A program made the position numbers and the translations under genes. Below the pieces are notes generated by a model. It was not told the origin of the DNA and did no database searches. It worked only from the letters and a program-made list of their open reading frames with translations. A DNA stretch of 63,651 nt, filler included, from Octopus bimaculoides (Eukaryota): NCBI RefSeq assembly GCF_001194135.2. It is 4 parts of 4 records of this genome, joined end to end, with 100 filler letters (N's around TTAATTAATTAA, not from the genome) between each part and the next. Parts side by side here need not be neighbours in the genome. Positions count along the whole stretch, not along the records: positions 1 to 29,376 come from NC_068981.1; 3 more parts are not named here. One strand, given 5' to 3'. Positions 12,070-25,427 of this stretch are shown here, piece by piece; position 1 is the first letter of the stretch; every line of letters begins with the position of its first letter.

Positions 12070-14417
12070 ATATGTCTGTGTGTGTCCTCTCCCTCCCCAC
12101 AGATTTACAACCGGTACTAGTGTGTTTACGTGCAGATAACTTAGGGATTCGGCAAAATGTATCGATAGAATAAGTAACAGGCTTTAAAATAGTAAGTACT
12201 GAGATTGATGTATTCAACATGAGATTCTTCAAGGTGGTACCTCCATTATGGCCGCAGTTTAATGACTGAAACGAGTAAAAGATAGGTGATTTTGTTATTG
12301 TTTTTTTTATGGAAAAGTCAATCAACTTTGAACTTAGACTACTTATCCTTTTATCGTCTAGAAAGAGTAAAGACAAAACCATGCATGGTAGAATTCAAAC
12401 TCAGTACACAAAACGACGCAAATGAATACTCTAATATATTTTGTTCCCATATTAACGTTGCGAATAAATGAAGGTCCCTTTACAAAGAAATCAAGGATTG
12501 TTCCTTATTTAAAATACGTGGCAATTATAAAGCAGAAGTGGTAGATTAATTGAATTTTTTTTTTATGTTGTTGTCAATGTTGGGAGTACACATATTCTGC
12601 TCTGCACGATTTTGCTTTTTATCCATTATAAATCAATTAGACAAATATCAATATTCTATAATCTACGAAGAGTAGTTTTGTGTCTTACCGAAATTTATTG
12701 TAGTAGTTGGTAATGGAGAGAAAAAAGTAATGAATAGTTATGTTATGGTATGACTTTGACGCTTGCACATTTGAAGATTGTAATAACAGTAGTATGAACA
12801 TTATCTGTTTCTCCGTTTTACTTAATAATAGTAGATATTTTAAGATACACACTTGCCTAACCTTACACGTTAAGTCATATTTAATCCTTGTTCTTTTAAT
12901 CAATATTCGATGTCATTCTCTAAGATATATGATATCGCTTCACATCGAACAAGAGGCGCTGTAAACTGAGTAATTTATTGATCTCACAAAGGTGAAGCAT
13001 GGAATAATGGTATAAAATTCCATTTTGATAAGAACTATATTTCGATATAAAGCTCATTGTAAAATCGGGCTTGCTAGTACTTAACCCGAATATATTTATA
13101 ACTTTCAATTTTAACTATAGTTGAAAAGTAATGAGGTACAACAGCAGTAAAAACACAATTTTATCATTTGATTTATCATTAACAGCTTAGAACTTAGAAA
13201 TAAAACTGTGTACTTTGCACAGTCGTTATTAACTTTTTAAAATATTACTTTAGAAAGTTACTAAGTAAGATTTCTGGAAACATTTACTAAATAATAGTTA
13301 TAATTTGTTTAATTTCATTTGGAGTTTATTGTGTACAAATCTTTGTATTTAATTAAGCATAGTAATTGTAAAATTAGATCGGTAAAATTTCAATATATAC
13401 GAGTGCGCATGATTTCACTCTGCATGACACAAGTTTTCGTGTTGTTGATTGATGACGAAAATTTAAAAAAGGAAATAAGTTAAAAGTAAATAAATACTAA
13501 AACATGTATAAATACAAATAAGTTTACCTGAATTAAATATGCGGTTGGTATAAAAATTGCGGAAGCAATTTCAACAGTGAAAAACTTCATTGAGAGGAAT
13601 GTTTGTGACATTTTTGACATAGTCACTTTACCAGCACCACACCGGTGTTCTTTAGAGAGAAGCATACTATTCTCCATGCGCAAACGTCTCAATTAGGAAG
13701 AACAGGACTATATTCTCAATAGCATTCAGATTTATTGACTTTAAATTGCAAAGATCAATAAAACTGGAAGATGTCATCGCGTAAGTTTAAATGGCAGAGT
13801 GATGACAGAAGTTTTCAGATTAATACCTGGCATAATGTCATTTTTTTTTTTTTTGTTTAACTTTCAAATCATTGTTATCCCCATCATACATTTATGCAAA
13901 TTTTATGTAAATTTTTGTTCTATGACAAAACCCCATTACATTTATTTAAATTTCCCCAAAACATTACATTGCAGCCGTTATTATATTTTTTTTTTTTTTT
14001 TTCAAGATGAAATTATAGTTGGAAGACACGCCTCCAGATTTACAACAGCAGTTTAGGAACACTATTGCATGTCGAATATGGAGATATATTGTAACATTTC
14101 TGCAAACGACAATCCTACCTCACCCCATTTACAAATACAGCAGAAATATAAAGAAAATTTGCCTCAGTGGAGGTAGAAAGTATGACGTTAAATCATTTGA
14201 TTTGTAGAAAATATACCTTCTTCCCATGTACATACTTCATTGTGCAATTCAAATTATTTTAAAAGTCAATGTAAAAGCGTGACAAACATGAACATGCAAT
14301 GATATTTTTGTAATATAGATTACGAAACAATAGTATTTCTCTTCAATAAATGTAACTGCATGACATTTAATAATTTATTGATCTATAAAACTGGTTTGTG
14401 TTGACTAGGTATGTATA

Positions 14418-14449
<32 letters not shown>

Positions 14450-14469
14450 CATAGAAAATAACTGGAAGA

Positions 14470-15130
14470 GGTATCTAAATGACTGCTTCATTCTTTGGCT
14501 TCATTCTTCTAAATGGACTTGACATAAACATTCAGTTTACGATGGAATATAGCCATCAACAACTTCCATTCTTCGACACCTGCATTAAGAAATCCAACAA
14601 CAAAATAGAAACAGACATATACTATATGCCCACGGACTCCAAGCATTATCAACCGTTCAACTCATGCCATCCCAGACACACTAGAATGAATATCCCTTTC
14701 AACTTGACAAAAAGGATTTGTACTATAGTATCTGATACAAACAGCAGGGGGACACGACTACATGAGCAGCTAAAGGATACACTCATCTGCAGGAACTACC
14801 CACCATGACTAATTGATATCGGTTTTCATCGTGCCCTACAACTCAGACATCCCACGAACTCAGACATCCCAAACTAAAGAGGGATTTACAACCAAAATCA
14901 CTATCATACATATCTACACACAACCTCCTAAACAATGAAGCCTTTGACACCATCCTCCAGAACATTCCTTTATTAAAAAGGAACCATAGAATGAATCACA
15001 TCCTTCAAACGCACACCATTTTAAAGAGCAAAAGACAACTCAAGTTGATGAAAAGTTTTCTAACAAAAGCCCAAGTACACTCGTCAACAATACTCAAACT
15101 ATCAATAAAAAAAATGCGGAAGACCTGTAG
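14470..15130 (+). mobile_element. Penelope-like retroelement RT C-terminal fragment
   Basis: NIQFTME...LPFFDTCI...ETDIYYMPTD...FNSCHPRH...NIPFNL.KRI. Confidence 0.88.
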
Positions 15131-15929
15131 GAGATACGTAATTTGAAACAGATTTGCCATTGCCTAATTTACGAATCATGGGAGTTACCCACAATGATCT
15201 CACTTGGCAAACATTCTAGAAGCTTCCAAGAAATTGGATTTATGTCCCTTTTACTAATCCCAATGAGCCGTGGAATGTTCTGGAATGTAATTTAGTCGCC
15301 AGGGGGAGTCAACAGTCTCTGGACTATATACTGAATCGCCACAGAACCTTAATCTCTCCTAGATCGCCAAACTTCGTGCTAGACACACCTATGTGTTGAG
15401 AGCACATAGATTTTGCTACACGTGGCCCAAGGAACCAAATGCCTTAGAGGAGCAACCGGGTACCTCATAGTTATTAAGTCGTACAACATGTTCACGACTT
15501 GCTTTTACACGAGAAGTATACTTAAGTGGCATACGAAATTCTCTCGTACATTTTAATTTACATTCTGCAGATGGAACGTGACTAGGCACGATATGTACTC
15601 ATTCTTTATTTATGTACCACTTCAACCGAAGCATACTATTGGTGATTTTTTACCAGCTTGTGAATTTGTATTAAATTATTTGTGAAGTTCAAGAATGGCT
15701 CTTTCATTTATTCCAATCAAGAATGCATTTTGCCTTTCGTAACACGGGGGTTTTTGCTTCTTAATTAACCTCTTGTTCCAGCAGTAACAAGGCCAAGTTA
15801 AAGCCTTAATTCTTATTACAGTAACAACGTTCAGATCAGAGTGGTGAACCCAACCCAGAATACGCATTCCTTCTCATTTTTCAACTTCGGACACGTTTTC
15901 TTCACGGTTTAACACGTGTTAACAACTTC

Positions 15930-17267
15930 TTATAGTGACCCTGCACATTTTTCTATACGAGGAATTTTTATTAAAATTTTTGGATTCGGGAGAACTCTTA
16001 CGGCCTGAACTACGACGCCGTACAATCATGCCATGTGGTATGTTCTATCTCTTTCTGCTAGGTTTTCGGTCTACTGCTTCAATCTGACATCATGTAATCT
16101 TCCTTCGTCGCTTGAAACGTTCCTTAGAATCATTTATACGTATTCTCAGGTACGATTTAGCGTTTCTCTTTCTTCCTTGTCTTCGTCTCACGAAGACGCC
16201 ATATTGATTATTCGCTGCTGCTTGTGGAATTTTCTTCCCCGCCACACTTTTTGAATTTTGGTTTTGAGCAGCTTGTATTCCTTCTGCTCGTGTGTTTCAT
16301 TTTCTTCCCTTCGGAAGATAAGTCGTACCTCACTTCCTCACTATCATGGTGACGCACGCATCTGGTTCACCCAACTTGAGTCCTACTTTATGGTGAACAA
16401 CATTCAATCGGCTCAACAACAACTACACATTGTGATTAGTGGCATCTCTTCTACTCTCGCACTTACAATCAAGGACCTCATCACAGATACTCCACCTGAT
16501 TCCCCCTACACATCTATAAAAGCGGAAGTTTTTCGCCGGAATTCCAAATATTCCTAAAGCCGTTTCCGTACGCTCCTGGAGGACGAGCATCTTGGGGACT
16601 GGTCCCCGACTGAATTTTTGCGCCGCATCTGCGAGTTGGATGATGATTCCACGGAAGAGAGCTCTTTCGTAAAGCAATTCTTCTTCTCTCGTACATCGTC
16701 CAATGTGCAATCGATTTTAACCCCAATGGGGGAAGGCAGGTGAATGGGCCAGATAGTTACGTCGGCAGACAAGATCTTGGAATTATCCAGAGGATCTTCC
16801 ACGGCCGACAGGGTAGTAACTGTCACTTCTTCTTCTTCAGCTGCCCAGGACTCCTCTATTGCCGATCTTTCAGGTCATACAGCAATCCTCAAGATCATTA
16901 AGGACTTGTCCTACCAGGTTTCGCGCATGTGTAACGTTCGTTCCTCTGCCAGACCACGTTCTAGGATTCGTTCTTCCTCTCCTTGCAGACGTGCAACCTA
17001 TCCGAACATCTCACACTGTTGATATCATTGGCGTTTCAAGAACCAGGCCAGACGATGTATACAGTCATGTTCCTACTCCCCACAGGAAAACTAACATGGA
17101 AAACCCTGAACACGTTGGAGGTCTCCGTGGTCAGTTCTACTCCATATTGTGCTTTCTTCGTAAGAGACATAATCTCTTCTAAGTCTTTTATAGTTGATAC
17201 TGGAGCCAGCGTGAGCATTTGGTCTTTACGTTTTACCCCTACCAAGCCTGATCTTTCCAATATATAA
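15930..17267 (+). mobile_element. Ty3/Gypsy LTR-retrotransposon remnant (possible 5' LTR, gag, retropepsin)
   Basis: Gag DARIWFTQLESYF and LGDWSPTEFLRRI, a decayed C-x-YH...ARRC knuckle, and protease FIVDTGASVSI. There are stops and frameshifts. The LTR (about 15930-16246, ending CA) is tentative. Confidence 0.85.
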
Positions 17268-17335
17268 ACACAATTTTCTTCTTTTCTTTTTCCCATCGAC
17301 ACACACACGCACGCACACAGACACACACACCAACA

Positions 17336-17397
<62 letters not shown>

Positions 17398-19474
17398 TTT
17401 CCCTCCATTCCTCACCCTCTCTTACTATCCTATATATCTCTCTCTCCACCCCCTACACANNNNNNNNNNNNNNNNNNNNNNNNNNNNNNNNNNNNNNNNN
17501 NNNNNNNNNNNNNNNNNNNNNNNNNNNNNNNNNNNNNNNNNNNNNNNNNNNNNNNNNNNNNNNNNNNNNNNNNNNNNNNNNNNNNNNNNNNNNNNNNNNN
17601 NNNNNNNNNNNNNNNNNNNNNNNNNNNNNNNNNNNNNNNNNNNNNNNNNNNNNNNNNNNNNNNNNNNNNNNNNNNNNNNNNNNNNNNNNNNNNNNNNNNN
17701 NNNNNNNNNNNNNNNNNNNNNNNNNNNNNNNNNNNNNNNNNNNNNNNNNNNNNNNNNNNNNNNNNNNNNNNNNNNNNNNNNNNNNNNNNNNNNNNNNNNN
17801 NNNNNNNNNNNNNNNNNNNNNNNNNNNNNNNNNNNNNNNNNNNNNNNNNNNNNNNNNNNNNNNNNNNNNNNNNNNNNNNNNNNNNNNNNNNNNNNNNNNN
17901 NNNNNNNNNNNNNNNNNNNNNNNNNNNNNNNNNNNNNNNNNNNNNNNNNNNNNNNNNNNNNNNNNNNNTATATATATATATATGTATGTATGTATATGTA
18001 TATGTATATGTATTTGTATATGTATATGTATGTATGTATGCATGTATATCGTCATCGTCGTCATGCATCGTATACTTTACAGCGCGTTGATGACACTACA
18101 TCGAAAGTCTTCCCGATTAAGCAAGTGATGGTAGGCCAGGGAACACAATTTGAGGAAAAAGAATGTTTATGTTTCCTGATTGGCTTCAAGAGGTTGAATT
18201 ACGCTCCAGTAGAAAAAGTTTTTCTTTCAAATTTTCAAGATACAAAAACGATAATAATAATAATGGAAGGATAAAAGCACAACAATAAGAGATGGGGACA
18301 GACATAAAAATGTAACGATGGCATTATGAATGAGGGGAAGGGAGAAACGCTAAGCAGCGTTGTCTTTGAGCCAGACGACAGAAGAAACAAAATCAACATC
18401 ATCACCAAAACAAATATGAACATCAAAAACAACAACAAAAATACTGAAAATAACTATAAAAACAAAATTTCAACGTCAACAAAATCACACACCCCACACA
18501 CACACAATACTACTATCAGCACTACCAAGAACAACTATAACAACAATAAAGGCAACAAGCCTTCAATCAGCAACACGAAGACAAGTTTTTTGCTAAAATT
18601 AGAGAATAACAATGTATTGAACATACCCTTTATTGCAATTTCGGTAAAGAATAGAAACACTGTCTGGTTAAACCCAATCTACAGGTCATCCCGCCTAGCG
18701 AGAGCGAAAAGGATTCTAATCAACAAAAGCTTAGAAAAATTAATAACCTGGCCCCAGAATAGGTAGAGGAATGCTTAAAAGATGTTTGGGATTCGATATG
18801 GCTTGTGAAGAGAGGATGAGAATTTGGTACTATGGTGACGCTATGTCACAAGAAGCAGCAGGCTAAGAAAATAGCCTTAAATTCGTATTACTCAGAAGAG
18901 AATTTGGGATGACGTGTAATTAAGTTAGCATTTGCTAACGCGCGTCTCGAATTAAATATCCAAAATTTTGCCATTATATTGGATGACTGCACTGACATAA
19001 TTAGAATTAGATCGCCCCCTCCACTACCATACGAATGGTGGTAGAAGGCAGAAAAGCCAGATGTTTCGCCTGCAAAAGCATCATCCTTTTCTGTGAGTCT
19101 CTCCCAATTCCTACCATGATATTGTTTTCGTTCTCCAGCTTAATAGGAAATTTCAATAAATTAAGAATTTCGTATATACGGCATATAGTACATTGCATTT
19201 TAACTTGTGTGTGTGTGTGTGTGTGTGTGTGTNNNNNNNNNNNNNNNNNNNNNNNNNNNNNNNNNNNNNNNNNNNNNNNNNNNNNNNNNNNNNNNNNNNN
19301 NNNNNNNNNNNNNNNNNNNNNNNNNNNNNNNNNNNNNNNNNNNNNNNNNNNNNNNNNNNNNNNNNNNNNNNNNNNNNNNNNNNNNNNNNNNNNNNNNNNN
19401 NNNNNNNNNNNNNNNNNNNNNNNNNNNNNNNNNNNNNNNNNNNNNNNNNNNNNNNNNNNNNNNNNNNNNNNNNG

Positions 19475-19530
<56 letters not shown>

Positions 19531-20273
19531 TGAGAGTCTGTGTCTGTGTTTACGTGTGTATCTGTACGTGTAAGCAGATTTGTGTGGTTGGTTCCAAGGT
19601 TTTTACGCCAAAGAGTGATAGTAGGAACAAACCTTTGTTACTTAAAAAGTTCCTCCTAGCGTTCCTCTCAAGCTACCTTTCGATACTTAGATCCAGCTAG
19701 TGCAGTTTATCCTTAGATTCAGTGGTATTGCTTTCCTTGACAGAAGAATTAGTAAAAGCCAACTAGTGTTACGGGTGAATGGAACTTGCCAGCTTGGGAA
19801 TACAGTCCATCTACGAGTGAGAAAACAGATTTAAGACTTTTTTCTGGTCTCACTTACAGGAAAGGCACTCTGCGTAAACCCTGAGGATAAATTCGGAGGA
19901 GATTGTGAGGCAGTTCAAAGTTTCTCCAACTTCTTGCTATATTGGCAACTGCTGTTCTTTCGTGCAACCTTTGACAACTTATTTCAGCATCAGCTTACTG
20001 CGACAGAATAACATGGAAAGCAGCAGTCATCAAATAGTAATGGCGTCGTGCGACTAAAGGATGCATCCAAACTGAATATATACAAAGAGAGAGAGAAAAA
20101 GAGAGAGACAGAGAAAGCTAGAAAGAGAAAGAGACAGAGAAGGAAAGACAGACAGACATACAGACTGACAGCCACACAGGTAGGCAGGCAGACAGGCTAG
20201 CAGGAAGGCAGACAGGATCTATATAATCTGCATGTTCGTTCACCTGTTATACATTAGTTAGTTAAAGGTGGAA

Positions 20274-20661
20274 TGGAGACGCAATGGCCCAGTGGTTAGG
20301 GCAGCGGACTCGCGGTCATAGAGTCGCGGTTTCGATTCCCAGACCGGGCGTTGTGAGTGTTTATTGAGCGAAAACACTTAAAGTTCCATGAGGCTCCGGC
20401 AGGGGATGGTGGCGAACCCTGCTGTACTCTTTCACCACAACTTTCTCTTACTCTTACTTCCTGTTTCTGTTGTACCTGTATTTCAAAGGGCCAGCCTTGT
20501 CACTCTGTGTCACGCTGAATATCCCCCCCAGAACTACGTTAAGGGTACACGTGTCTGTGGAGTGCTCAGCCACTTGCACGTTAGTTTCACGAACAGGCTG
20601 TTCCATTGATCGGATGAACTGGAACCCTCGTCGTCGTAAGCAACGGAGTGCCAACACACAC
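20274..20661 (+). mobile_element. Full-length tRNA-derived SINE, family A, with a 14-bp TSD
   Basis: A box TGGCCCAGTGG and B box GGTTTCGATTCCC; AGTTAAAGGTGGAA is duplicated at 20260-20273 and 20662-20675. Confidence 0.92.
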
Positions 20662-22410
20662 AGTTAAAGGTGGAAGTGGAGTGAGTGAGAGGTGAAGTAA
20701 GAGTGAGAGCGAGAGAAGAGAGGAAGAAGAGAAAGGTAATTAATATTAATACACTTTGGCCAAATTGTCACGTGGTCTGCTGAAGATAGAGGCGAGAAAC
20801 GAGAGAAAAGGTGACAGAAGTGTTAACGACGTGCGGTGGAGTGGGAAAGGAATACTTATGTGGTTAAAAAGTTAGCTGAAGGGAAAGGTAGATAGAGAGA
20901 GATGGTAGGAGAAGTAGTTATATTGAGAGGGAGAAAGAGAGACTGACAGACAGATAGTGGTGATGGAGGTGTGCTGATATTGAAAAATATTTTTTTATTG
21001 AACTAATTTTTTTTTATAGCGACCATCGCATACGCATAAGTGCAATTATTTATCGTCGGTTCACTTAAAATATTGATATTTGTCTATAAGGGTTAATTTA
21101 GCCTAAACTCTGGATTCACAAGAAACACTGTCGCAAGCTGCCCGAGAAAGGATGCTCAGATATAGTGCACGGATCAGAGAGGAACAGCGACAAACTATAA
21201 TGAAAAAAAGACAACACCGACGGAGACGTGAGGAAGTGAATGTAGACGGATGTCATGGCTATTTAAAGAAAGCTAAATTATGAATGCTATCAAAAGGCAA
21301 AGCATCCTTTCTTTCCTAAATAGGCCCTTTTAATTTTTTCCATTCCGTGGAATTTCCAAGGGTTCCACTAGCAGTTATAAAATTACATACTGCTTTTTTT
21401 ATGAATCCAGCTCTTATTTCACATTCTGCAAATATGAAACAATTCAGCTCTTGAATATGCCGATATTCAGCTCACCAGTTGATTTGTCTTCCATTGTAAT
21501 TCTTTTCAGATTTCGGATACATAATAGAAATAGGACTCAATTCCTGACTGATACTTTATTCTATTGATCCCGAAAGAAGGAAATGCAAAATTAATTTCGG
21601 TGGTATTTAAATCAGAACGTACACAGGCTGTAAGTAAATACCGGAGACATCTTGTTAGACATTCCTATGATTCTGCTAATCTACAAGACTGATTTTCCCC
21701 AGGCAGACCTTTCTTTGGCTCCAGCTGTCGTTAGCTTAGAGTGTCTTGAGACTGTTAATATTACTTAATGTTACTCGACACAGTGAATGAAAAGTGCGAA
21801 AATCTTTAAATGTGTGCAATCGATTCAGTAAGGTTATTTAACTCCATCATATATTTTATAAAACTGTTATAAGCTAAAGAATATATATTAAAACTATACA
21901 ACACCTGCATTAATATTAGACTTCAGAACTTCTATTCATGTAATATTGATGTTTAACACTGACAACAGACTTTAAATTTATTACACTGTGTGATTTATGT
22001 CTTTCCAAAATTATTAGCAACGAAACTTATAAAGAAATAACCTCAACCGGAACACAAATTTAGAATTTCTTTCTATAGCTTAATGTAGTGCTGCGCATAC
22101 ATAATCTTAATTGTCTGCTAAAAAGTAATTTTCTACTAACTCACAAGGTATATTTTGTTAAAAAAAATAGGAGCTCTTAAATATTAATTTAAATCCAGCC
22201 TTGAGACATAAAAAATAATAAAGGACATTTGAGTTTTAAAATAGCAGGATTCATTTTCCCTAAATAGCAAAAGCATATACTTTTATTTTCTATTAATTTT
22301 GATAGAATGCATTATGAGCATTTGAAAACCAACATCGTTTTAAGCCAAGTTTAATTTTTTTTTTTCTTAAAGTTATTGCACAGCAATTATGTTGAGGTAC
22401 CACTTAAAGC

Positions 22411-22880
22411 AGTAGTTTCCAAACTTTTTCAGACCGCCGCCCCCTTGGCTCTAAGGTCACACTCCTAGCACCTCCTCACATAACTTCACCACGAACAGAC
22501 CGCTTTTCTGTTGCAAATTTAAAACAACTGTATTTTACAAATAAAACTTAACCTAATAAACCCTTTATTTACCTGTAATTATGTTTTAATTATTTTCATG
22601 AGATTGATGTACTTGGTGCTGGGATATCAGCTCCTTTACATCAGACTGTAAGGTACTAAGAAGTAGTCTTAGAGCTCTGCATTCAATAACTTTCCAGCCT
22701 GTTTCTTTACTTAGAAAGAAGCTGGGCGACTGTACTGAATATGATGTTGGTAAGACAACAAAAGTGCATATTGACTTTGTGTCGCAGTGCAGGGCAGCAG
22801 TCAGAAACGCCCTTTTGCAACCCAAATCCTGATGATTTGTTTTTAACTTTAGCCTCTGCTGAGACTCCGCACTGTCCATT
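22411..22880 (-). mobile_element. hAT (Buster/Charlie-type) transposon 3' remnant
   Basis: C-terminus ALRLLLSTLQSDVKELISQHQVHQSH; terminus CAGTAGTTTCCAAACTTTT at 22411. Confidence 0.8.
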
Positions 22881-23239
22881 ATACTCAGAAAGGATTGGAT
22901 GAAATGGTTAGTGCAGAGACGCGTAGAGAGAGAGGAGTGATTGAATTTTATTTAGTCGGGTGGTCCTTCTCTGGGTGAAGCTCAGGATGACTATATGCAT
23001 AACAGCACCGTCCCAGGTCTGAGAGCAATAGTCCACTGTTGCCTCACTTGCACCAACTCCTTACCACATTCAACCACCATTTACTAACACTGTTACATTT
23101 CACTGTTACATATATAATAGGTTTATATCTACGATATATGTATGGGAGTGTGTGCCATCAACTCATTAATACATATACCTCTTTAATACATCTACCACTG
23201 CCATCTGCATTAACTGACAGCCTGCAAATATTGGTTTCA

Positions 23240-23850
23240 AATTTTGACACAAGGCCAGCAATTTCGGAGGAAGGGGTGAGTCGATTACATCGACCCTAGT
23301 GCTCAACTGGTACTTATTTTATTGACCTCAAAAGGATGAAAAGTAAAGTTGACCTCGGTGGAATTTGACCTCGAACATAGCGACGAACGAAATGCCACTA
23401 AACATTTTGCCGGCGCACGAGCAATTCTTTTCTACTCTCGGCACAAGGCCCGAAATTTTGGGGGAGGGGGCCAGTTGATTACATCGACTTCAGTATGCAA
23501 CTGGTACTTAATTTATCGACCCTGAAAGGATGAAAGGCAAAGTCGACCTCGGCGGAATTTGAACTCAGAACATAAAGACAGACGAAATACCGCTAAGCAT
23601 TTCGCCCGGTGTGCTAACGTTTCTTATTTCTTTATTGCCCACAAGGGGGTTAAACATACAGGGGGAAAAGAAGGACAGATAAGGGGATTAAGTCGATTAC
23701 ATCGACGCCAGTGCGTAACTGGTAATTAATTTATCAACCCCGAAAGGATGCAAAGCCGACTTCGGCGGAATTTGAACTCAGAACGTAACGGCAGACGAAA
23801 TACCGCTAAGCATTTCGCCCAGCGTGCTAACGTTTCTGACAGCTCGCCGC
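23240..23850 (-). mobile_element. Stack of three SINE family D copies
   Basis: Repeated blocks (gattacatcgac...caactggta; aaaggatgaaaggcaaagtcgacctcggcggaatttgaactcagaac). The same family is on + at about 35490, 45620 and 62050. Confidence 0.85.
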
Positions 23851-23902
23851 CTTACAACCTGCAAATATTAACATCGCATCGCAATATTACATTTCTCACT
23901 GT

Positions 23903-24736
23903 TTGTATTTATGTCTGAGTGCGTCCATGTATTTATATCACAACATCCTCTTCTCTCTCTTCCTCTCTCTCTCTCTCTCTCTCTCTCTTACCCTCTCTCC
24001 TCTATGTTGCTTGTCATTTGTCGCTGCCCCCCACAGTTCTGTTTTCACTTGAGAAACTCATGGAATTTTCATGCGCTTCCATAGTCGTATTTTACACAGT
24101 ATATTGTTATTTGTTTTTGCTATTTTTGTTTTATACGGTTTCACTGAATATTTTTGCTTTTGATGCAGATTTTTATTAACAAAATTTCAACAAGAATCCA
24201 TTAACATTTACAGGCTAAGAATTAATCTAATTAACTGCGTGCTAAGTAGTACAATGTATACTGAAAACCGAGCTTATGACTTGATTGACTGCATTAAACG
24301 GAAACTTGACATATACTTCTTGGAATTGAATGGTTTAAACATAAATTGATTTGTTCGTTTAATTTTATCGAAAATATGTATCGATATTTGTGTGTGTGTC
24401 AGTATATATATTTTTTCCACATACATACAAACATGCATACATACAAACAAACAAACAAACAAACAAACAAACATACATACATTCATACATACAAAATGCA
24501 TACATACAAAGAAACATACATACATACATACTTCCATACATACATATGTACATACGTGTGTGTGTGTGTTGAGGTGTATTTATGTCTGAGTGCGTCCGTG
24601 TATTTATATCACAACATCCTCTTCTCTCTCTTCCTCTCTCCCACCTCTCTCCCCATCTCTCTCTCTTACCCTCTCTCCTCTATTTTGCTTGTCATTTGCC
24701 GTCCCCCCCCCCACTCCAGTTCTGTTTTCACTTGAG
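23903..24736 (+). repeat. About 150-bp direct duplication (23903-24053 and 24576-24736)
   Basis: gtatttatgtctgagtgcgtcc.tgtatttatatcacaacatcctc...cagttctgttttcacttgag occurs twice. Confidence 0.85.
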
Positions 24737-25090
24737 GCCCAGTGGTTAGGGCAGCTGACTCGCAGTCGTAGGATCGCGGTTTTGATTCCCAGACTGGGCG
24801 GTGTGAGTGTTTATTGAGCGAAAACACTTAAAGCTCCACGAGGCTCCGCAGGGATGGTGGCGAAACCTGCTGTACTCTTTCATCACAACTTTCTCTCACA
24901 CTTTCTTCCTGTTTCTGTTGTGCCTGTAATTCAAAAGGCCAGCCTTGTCACACTGAATATCCCCGAGAACTACGTTAAGGGTACACGTGTCTGTGGAATG
25001 CTCAGCCACTTACACGTTAATTTCATGAGCAGGCAGCTTCGTTGATCGGATCAAGTGGAACCCTCGTCGTCGTAACCGACGGAGTGCCAC
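24737..25090 (+). mobile_element. SINE family A copy
   Basis: Highly similar to 20274-20661 over its length; partial copies at about 4545-4680(+), 43955-44040(-) and 27095-27250(-). Confidence 0.9.
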
Positions 25091-25396
25091 GATATATATA
25101 TATATAAGGGAGATTCTGTCTCTTTGTGTGTCCCACAAAGTGAAACAAAAACCAGATACCATCGCTCTATGATTTTCTTTCTGTCTCCTGTCAACTTGTT
25201 CGATTAAAGGCGGTGTTGCTCCAGCATGGCCTCAGTCAAATAACAGAAGCAAGTATATATATATATAAACAAATAGTAAATGAGTATATGCATATATACG
25301 TACAGGTATGTGCATACCGACATAGACCTGTATGTATAGGTGCATATCTGGGTACAGGACATTGCAAACAAACGTAGACGAGAACACACGAGCCAC

Positions 25397-25427
<31 letters not shown>

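Noticed and set aside
13530-14056. Splice-flanked short frames on both strands (13530-13651 on -, 14008-14056 on +)
   Set aside because: They show no homology and have no phase-compatible partner exons.
18326-18766. 146-aa Asn/Lys/Thr-rich ORF
   Set aside because: It is mostly a degenerate (AAC)n low-complexity tract. Its tail (RNTVWLNP) only weakly recalls a Penelope RT remnant.
20274-20345. tRNA-like cloverleaf heads (also 11816, 24737 and 56006)
   Set aside because: These are SINE heads continuing into repeat bodies, with no complete acceptor stem.
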